IMG/VR virus record: IMGVR_UViG_3300033075_001228
Length of the DNA stretch: 64,000 nt
Direction: 5' to 3' (one strand)
Source: a virus
Taxonomy: Duplodnaviria; Caudoviricetes
A program made the position numbers and the translations under genes. Shown piece after piece: positions 58,475 to 64,000 of this stretch. Position 1 is the stretch's first letter; each line of letters opens with the position of its first letter. The notes below the pieces were generated by a model. The model ran no database searches. It saw only the letters and a program-made list of their open reading frames with translations, and was not told the DNA's origin.

Positions 58475-59680
58475 ATGGCAACGTTTACAGAAACGCTTAA
58501 CCCGACGCCGTTTGGGTTTTTTGACTCTGACGCTCAGTTTCAAACTGAGGCTGACGGCATGGTTACGTTTGTGAAACGTAAGCTAGGTGATGACGTGTTG
58601 TCTGTTGAGCTTACGAAGAAGGAGATCTGGGCGTGTTTTGAGGAGGCGTGCTGCGAGTATAGCCGCCTTGTGCACGAGATGAAGATCCAGTCTGAGCTTG
58701 TAAACGTCCTCGGCTTGCCAACTGGATCGACTGACCTGACAAACATCTACCCGCGCCAGTCGCTAGAGTTTTTGATTCGTCAAGCTGAGCCGTATGCAGC
58801 CGAGGCGTTCCTGGGCGGACCGTACGATGCGCAGCTTGGTTACATCGATCTGGTCCAAGGCCAACAGGACTATGACATCTATGATGACATCAAGAGCTTC
58901 GAAAGCGGAACCGTGGGGCAGAACCTCTGGCTCTCGATCCCGTCTGGTTCCCGCGGCCGCATGAAGATTGTTGAGGTGTTTCACTTTGAGCCGCTCGCCG
59001 CGCAGCACTTCCTTCTGAACGCAAGCAACATCACAAACTTCCTGGCTACAAACTTTAACTACGAATCATACGTCAACAGCACCGTCTTCTACGTGTTGCC
59101 CGTGTTTGAGGATGTATTACGTCGTGGCATGCTTGAGACTGCTTTTCGGGTGCGCAGGTCAAACTATAGCTACGAGATCATCGGCAGCCGCCTAAGGATC
59201 TACCCGGCGCCAGTGACAGACCTGCAACAAGGAAAGCTGTTCATTAAGGTGTTTGCTCAGCCTCCAAACCCCGTCAACCCGAGCGGCATCGGCGTCTCTG
59301 GCAGCGTAGACTCTACGTTGTACGGGATCTCTGGCCCTAGCAACGTTCCGCTTAACAACCTTCCGTTCACCACGATCACCCAGCCTGGTCGTCAGTGGAT
59401 CAGGCAGTACACCTTAGCGTTGGCAAAGGAGCTGCTGGGCCTGATCAGGGGCAAGTTTCAGACCGTGCCGATCCCGAACGCCGACCTGACGTTAAACGGT
59501 GAGGTTCTTCGTGCAGACGGTCGTGAGGACCAGGCCAGGCTGCGAGACCAGATCAAAGAATGGCTCGCAAAGCTGACGAACCAGGCGTTGATGGAGCAGC
59601 AATCGACACTCGCCGAACAGCTACAAAAACAGTTGAAATTTGTCCCCATGCCGTTGGGCAAAGCGATAACGATTGGGTAA
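58475..59680 (+). CDS. Neck protein (gp13-like)
   Basis: KRKLG..LSVEL, WIRQYTLALAKELLGLIRGKF..LNG. Confidence 0.8.
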   Translation: MATFTETLNPTPFGFFDSDAQFQTEADGMVTFVKRKLGDDVLSVELTKKEIWACFEEACCEYSRLVHEMKIQSELVNVLGLPTGSTDLTNIYPRQSLEFLIRQAEPYAAEAFLGGPYDAQLGYIDLVQGQQDYDIYDDIKSFESGTVGQNLWLSIPSGSRGRMKIVEVFHFEPLAAQHFLLNASNITNFLATNFNYESYVNSTVFYVLPVFEDVLRRGMLETAFRVRRSNYSYEIIGSRLRIYPAPVTDLQQGKLFIKVFAQPPNPVNPSGIGVSGSVDSTLYGISGPSNVPLNNLPFTTITQPGRQWIRQYTLALAKELLGLIRGKFQTVPIPNADLTLNGEVLRADGREDQARLRDQIKEWLAKLTNQALMEQQSTLAEQLQKQLKFVPMPLGKAITIG

Positions 59681-59806
59681 AGGTAGGCTACTGTGAAAAT
59701 GCTCATCGAAAGCAACAGGGGAAATATTCTTCGATCTTCACTACCAAATTAACAAGGCTGGCGCCATTGAGCCCGCCCACGCGCAGCCCCTCGCCTAGTT
59801 AGACTC

Positions 59807-60103
59807 ATGAAGCTAAAACTTGGAGAGCTTAAAAAGCTGATCGAAGCGTTGGTCGAAGGAACCATTGAGGTTTCGCCGCGCGGCCTAAGACCTGGTGACG
59901 TTTTGAACGGTCGATTGATTGCTCATGTGACCGTAGATCAAAAAAACAAAGGTTATGTTTTTGTAACTTACGATGACGGATCATCTGTTCGACTTCGAGC
60001 ACATAACCTCAAGTATAAGCAGGTGCCACGCATAGAACGTTCAGGGACGGAGAGCGATAAATATCTTCCCAAGATACCAGCAGGATGGGGTTCAAAGGGA
60101 TGA
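59807..60103 (+). CDS. Small protein with putative capsid-targeting leader
   Basis: MKLKLGELKKLIEALVE|G; late motif 5 nt upstream. Confidence 0.7.
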   Translation: MKLKLGELKKLIEALVEGTIEVSPRGLRPGDVLNGRLIAHVTVDQKNKGYVFVTYDDGSSVRLRAHNLKYKQVPRIERSGTESDKYLPKIPAGWGSKG

Positions 60104-60606
60104 TCATACGACTTGGTGATCTGCGACGCATCATCAAAGAAGCCTTGCGAGAGGGCCCTGGGATTCGTCTTATCAGGGTTGGCGGCCTTAGCCCAGTGAA
60201 GCAGACGAACTCAGCAGCTCCTGAACGTAAGGGAGTTTGGGCGTTTATTTGGCCTTACCACGACGTGTTCCTGCTTGGTTCAACCGGCCCGGAGGGCGTT
60301 CACCCAGGGGAAGGAAAGACTCGCTTCGATCAGCTGAAAAGAGAGGGATGGCGTCGTTTCGTGCATCGCGGCATCATCTATACACGGCTTCCAGTTCCAG
60401 GCGCTGAAGTCGTCAACGGCTGGCATAAAACTGATGGTTCGGCGCTCGCAGCTTACATGACAAAGAACTTTGCGTCAATGACCAAACAGATTCGACAGAT
60501 GCAAAAGCAGGGTAAGCTTCACAGGAACGATGTAAACCCATTCAAGGTGTTCTCTAAGGACCAGTTTGAGGTGTTTGTCCCTCGACCTGACGAGGAGGGC
60601 TTCTGA
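60100..60606 (+). CDS. Protein with putative capsid-targeting leader
   Basis: MIIRLGDLRRIIKEALRE|G; ATGA coupling. Confidence 0.7.
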   Translation: MIIRLGDLRRIIKEALREGPGIRLIRVGGLSPVKQTNSAAPERKGVWAFIWPYHDVFLLGSTGPEGVHPGEGKTRFDQLKREGWRRFVHRGIIYTRLPVPGAEVVNGWHKTDGSALAAYMTKNFASMTKQIRQMQKQGKLHRNDVNPFKVFSKDQFEVFVPRPDEEGF

Positions 60607-61283
60607 TGGCGCGCCTTTTCATCACCCCCCGAGAGCTAAACTTCATCAGCGATATCACAAAAGAGATCATCAAAGATGTCATCGGCCAACGCATCTACTA
60701 CTACCCGATCTCTGAGGCCAAGACGCTTACGCACGGTGTCTACAATGAGTCGATGCAGAAGGTGTTCGACAACCCTATCATCATCGATGCGCTTGTCGAC
60801 AGCAACTTTCAGGCTGACACAAAGATCGGTGCGTTTGGAATCGACCAACAGTATAGGTTGGAGGTCTACGTACAGTACCGTGACCTGGTCGCGAAGGGCA
60901 TCAACATCCAGATCGGAGACTTCTTTTCGTTCAGCGACATCTTCTATGAGATAACCGATGAAACGTTCATGAGGAACATCTACGGCCAGGCTGAGCACCG
61001 TGACGGAATAAAGATAGTCGGCACCAAGGCCCGTGCAGGCCAGTTTGAGGCCTTGCTACGTGGTCCAACTGACATCGCACGTCCTGAGCCAGACGCAGTC
61101 CAGAGGACGTTTGAGCAGCAACGTGGTCGTGTAGAAAACTCTGAGGGCCCAACGGGAGACGTTAGGGACCTCGTGAAAGAGGGTGTGTTGGATGAATCGC
61201 TGACTGGACCAAAGGAGGTGTCGCCTCGCGGAGCGGGAAGCGATGCATCACACCATGGCTCAAGCTTCTATGATGATGAATGA
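60606..61283 (+). CDS. Neck/head-closure protein (gp14-like)
   Basis: IGQRIYYY..VYNES..FGID..IGDF..YEI; position after gp13-like. Confidence 0.65.
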   Translation: MARLFITPRELNFISDITKEIIKDVIGQRIYYYPISEAKTLTHGVYNESMQKVFDNPIIIDALVDSNFQADTKIGAFGIDQQYRLEVYVQYRDLVAKGINIQIGDFFSFSDIFYEITDETFMRNIYGQAEHRDGIKIVGTKARAGQFEALLRGPTDIARPEPDAVQRTFEQQRGRVENSEGPTGDVRDLVKEGVLDESLTGPKEVSPRGAGSDASHHGSSFYDDE

Positions 61284-61292
61284 GGTCAGCAG

Positions 61293-62588
61293 ATGGCAAC
61301 GCGTTTCAACAACAAAGGCAGACCAAACCTAGGGGTTTCAAACCTGCCGACTGGGTATGAAGGCGCCTCTGCACCTGACGACCTGACGATCCCAGCGGTT
61401 GGAATTGAAGACGTAGACGTAGGGCTGTTCAACCTTTTTGACAAGGAGATTGGGCTGACGGTGTCTGCAAGCGACCACAACAGGTTGGAGCTGAAAAAGG
61501 TCCCAGTGATCTTTTCTTCTGCGGAAAAGTGGGCGCTTAGCAAGCGACAGCGGGGGTTTCGCGATCAGACGAACTCTCTCATCTTGCCGTTGGTTACTGT
61601 AGTTCGTACGACTGTTCAGCAGCTTAATGATGACATAACTGGCCGAGGCATCAACCAACAGACAGGTGAGATCCATGTTCAAAGACGCTTAGATAAATCG
61701 GACAGAGGATACCAAGGCCTAATAAACAGGCTGATGCTGAATCACCAGACCAACCTCGCAGTGTCACCAACGCAGGCTGACACGGACCAGCTGTCAACAA
61801 ACCGTTCACTAGGCTCGTTGGCTTCAGATCCAACGGTTCGTGAAGGAGGGCTGATGCTGGCCGACCGCAGGAACGACGTGTATGAGACCCTGGTGCTTCC
61901 TGCTCCGCAGTTTTTCACTGCGGTGTATGAGGTTACGCTTTGGGCGCAGTACGTGTTTCAGATGATGCAGATCCTTGAACAGCTCATCGCTTCGTTTTTG
62001 CCTCAGGGAAACGCCTGGCGTGTGGAGACAAAGAAAGGCTACTGGTTCGTTGCGACCGTGGACGGTAACGTCTATAACGCGGAAAACAACTTTGAAGACA
62101 TGTCGCAGGAGGAAAGGCTGATCAAGTACAAGTTTACGATCAAGCTTCCTGGCTACATCCTGGCCACGAACGTCCCAGGCGCTCCAGTTCCGATCAAACG
62201 CTACGTATCATCGCCATCAATCTCATTTGACCTTGATGCCGGATCTAGCGAGGCCGTAGACCCGAGCCTGGTTGATGAGCCTTTTCTCGGCTCTGACGAC
62301 CCTACGTTGCCGCTTGATAGCTCTACGAGGCGCGCAGACCAGAGGAACACTGGACGCACGCGGCTTTACCCATCAGACGGAAACGTGTCGCCGGACGACC
62401 CTGCGTTGTTGAACAGGCCAAGGGGTCAACCGTTGGCCAGGTACAAGAAGTTAGAGACCCTGGACGGCAACGGACGTAAGACGACCAAATTTGTCAGGGT
62501 ATCATCCACAAATACGTTTGCCGGAGAGACGGTTTTTGCGCCTGACGCGGACCTTGGCTGGTTTACGATCGTAGTCAACAAGGGCTGA
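61293..62588 (+). CDS. Tail completion / sheath terminator (gp15-like)
   Basis: KVPVIFS..EKW..LILPL..YEVTLW..QILEQ..GYI; precedes the sheath gene. Confidence 0.65.
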   Translation: MATRFNNKGRPNLGVSNLPTGYEGASAPDDLTIPAVGIEDVDVGLFNLFDKEIGLTVSASDHNRLELKKVPVIFSSAEKWALSKRQRGFRDQTNSLILPLVTVVRTTVQQLNDDITGRGINQQTGEIHVQRRLDKSDRGYQGLINRLMLNHQTNLAVSPTQADTDQLSTNRSLGSLASDPTVREGGLMLADRRNDVYETLVLPAPQFFTAVYEVTLWAQYVFQMMQILEQLIASFLPQGNAWRVETKKGYWFVATVDGNVYNAENNFEDMSQEERLIKYKFTIKLPGYILATNVPGAPVPIKRYVSSPSISFDLDAGSSEAVDPSLVDEPFLGSDDPTLPLDSSTRRADQRNTGRTRLYPSDGNVSPDDPALLNRPRGQPLARYKKLETLDGNGRKTTKFVRVSSTNTFAGETVFAPDADLGWFTIVVNKG

Positions 62589-62652
62589 TCTAGGTTTTCG
62601 AACGAACGCACAATAGTTATTGTAGCGTTGATACGCTTAGAGGAAAACCGTA

Positions 62653-64000
62653 ATGACCGAACAGACTTTTAGGTCTCCGAACTTTTACGAACGTGAGATC
62701 GACCTCTCAGCCCCACAGCTGCGCGGCCCCGTTGGAACACCTGCCGGTGTCATCGGAACAGCCAACAAAGGCCCTGCATTCGTGCCTGTCACAGTTGCTA
62801 ACTTTGACGAGTTTGTTGCTACGTTTGGCAACCTTGACCCGAAGAAGTTTGGTCCTTATGCTGTCAATGAATTTCTAAAGCATCGTTCAGCGTTGACATA
62901 CCTGAGGGTGCTAGGCGCGGGAGCAAACAGCACTGACACGCACATTGCAACCACAGTTCAAAAGGGTCGGGTCAACAACGCAGGCTTCTACCTCGAGGGG
63001 TCGGCAGCCGCGCACGACAGCAGGGGCCGCCACGTAGGCGCAGTCCAGTTTTTGGCGGCCCGTCACATGTTGCAGACGAACGAAGCGTTTGGCCTGCCGA
63101 TGTTCACCGACAACCGCAGCTTTAGCGGCGGCTTTGCAAACGTTGTTCGCGGCATGGTTTTGATGGCGTCTGGAGCCAGGATGATGGTTCTTGACGGCAA
63201 CGAGAGTGCGGTCGGAGCGTTCACCGCGGCTGGCCCAGACGACCTTGCAACGCCTGTAGGCGGCAAGTTTAAGCTCGTCATCTCGTCTACGCTTGGCAAC
63301 GGATTCGTCAACACTGACAATAACCCTGGCGTCAGGATCCTGACCGCGTCGCTGGACCCATCGTCATCAGACTACTTCGGAAAGATCCTGAACACAGATC
63401 CAGACAGGTTTGTCCAAGAGCAGCACCTGCTCTACAGCGACTTTGCTGTCGACGACGAGCTTGCGACAGCTGTGTCTGTCGCTGTGCTGTCGGGTTCTGA
63501 GTCGACAAGCTCGACCTCAGGTGACACGAGCCTGGTCTTTAGGAAGGCGTTCGGAGCGTTTGACACCAGGTACCAGACGCCGCGTTCAACGATGTTTATC
63601 TCGCAGCCGTTCGGTGCGACAGAGTACGACCTGTTCTACTTCGAGTCGCTGGACGATGGAGAGTTTGCGAACAAGCTCTACAAGATTTCGATCACAAACA
63701 TCAAGGCTTCTCTTGATGAGGCCAAGCCGTATGGCACCTTCACAGTGCAGATTAGGGACTGGAATGACACAGACGCTAACCCGTTGGTCCTAGAGTCGTT
63801 CCCTAACTGCTCGCTTGATCCTCAGGCAGAGAACTATGTCGCTAAGCTAATCGGCGATCGAAAGGTCTACTACAACTTTGACTCATCGCTGCTCGAGGAA
63901 CGTCGCGTAGTGATGACAGGCAAGTACCCGAACGTTTCCAAGCTGGTTAGGGTTCGGGTCTCTGACCAGGTAGAAAACGCGCTCGTTCCTCAAAAGTCTC
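62653..64000 (+). CDS. Tail sheath protein (gp18-like), 5' part
   Basis: MTEQTFRSPNFYEREIDLS..GVIGTANKGPAFVPV..FDEFVATFG..TYLRVLG; open to the window end. Confidence 0.9.
   Translation, partial: MTEQTFRSPNFYEREIDLSAPQLRGPVGTPAGVIGTANKGPAFVPVTVANFDEFVATFGNLDPKKFGPYAVNEFLKHRSALTYLRVLGAGANSTDTHIATTVQKGRVNNAGFYLEGSAAAHDSRGRHVGAVQFLAARHMLQTNEAFGLPMFTDNRSFSGGFANVVRGMVLMASGARMMVLDGNESAVGAFTAAGPDDLATPVGGKFKLVISSTLGNGFVNTDNNPGVRILTASLDPSSSDYFGKILNTDPDRFVQEQHLLYSDFAVDDELATAVSVAVLSGSESTSSTSGDTSLVFRKAFGAFDTRYQTPRSTMFISQPFGATEYDLFYFESLDDGEFANKLYKISITNIKASLDEAKPYGTFTVQIRDWNDTDANPLVLESFPNCSLDPQAENYVAKLIGDRKVYYNFDSSLLEERRVVMTGKYPNVSKLVRVRVSDQVENALVPQKS

Noticed and set aside
59807-60103. Intein-like fragment (LRPGD..VTYDDG)
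   Set aside because: Lacks splice-junction residues; more likely a small beta domain
62693-63793. Short track ORFs near the right edge
   Set aside because: Out-of-frame or antisense to the tail sheath gene that starts at 62653
1-64000. Stop-codon reassignment, suggested by the in-frame module after TGA 16046
   Set aside because: TGA, TAG and TAA all end clearly complete genes, and code 11 gives dense coding

Overview
A 64-kb segment of a large T4-like (myovirus/jumbo-type) phage genome, read with genetic code 11 and almost entirely on the + strand. From left to right: host-interaction and regulatory genes (ClpP-like protease, DinG/XPD-type helicase, Hc1-like histone protein, a stand-alone sigma-70 region-4 protein, PIN-PhoH); large virion/baseplate-like proteins; replication and recombination genes (gp4-like nuclease, RuvC-like resolvase, primase, a split SbcD/Mre11 nuclease whose second half is fused to SbcC/Rad50); the head module (large terminase, portal with three HNH inteins, prohead protease, scaffold, gp23-like capsid) with several homing endonucleases; a tmRNA; methyltransferase, SGNH lipoprotein and M15 endolysin; an AT-richer fibre cassette; neck and tail-completion genes; and the start of the tail sheath. 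The most unusual signals are: (1) two structural genes that seem to start at ATC and ACG, each directly behind a homing-endonuclease remnant; (2) a naturally split Mre11/Rad50 gene with charge-complementary ends and an intervening gene; (3) a Pro1/Trp-Asn atypical intein in the portal; (4) a lone sigma region-4 protein together with a MTAnTTA late-promoter motif; and (5) a family of proteins sharing a putative capsid-targeting leader. All assignments come from motif recognition by eye; no searches were run.
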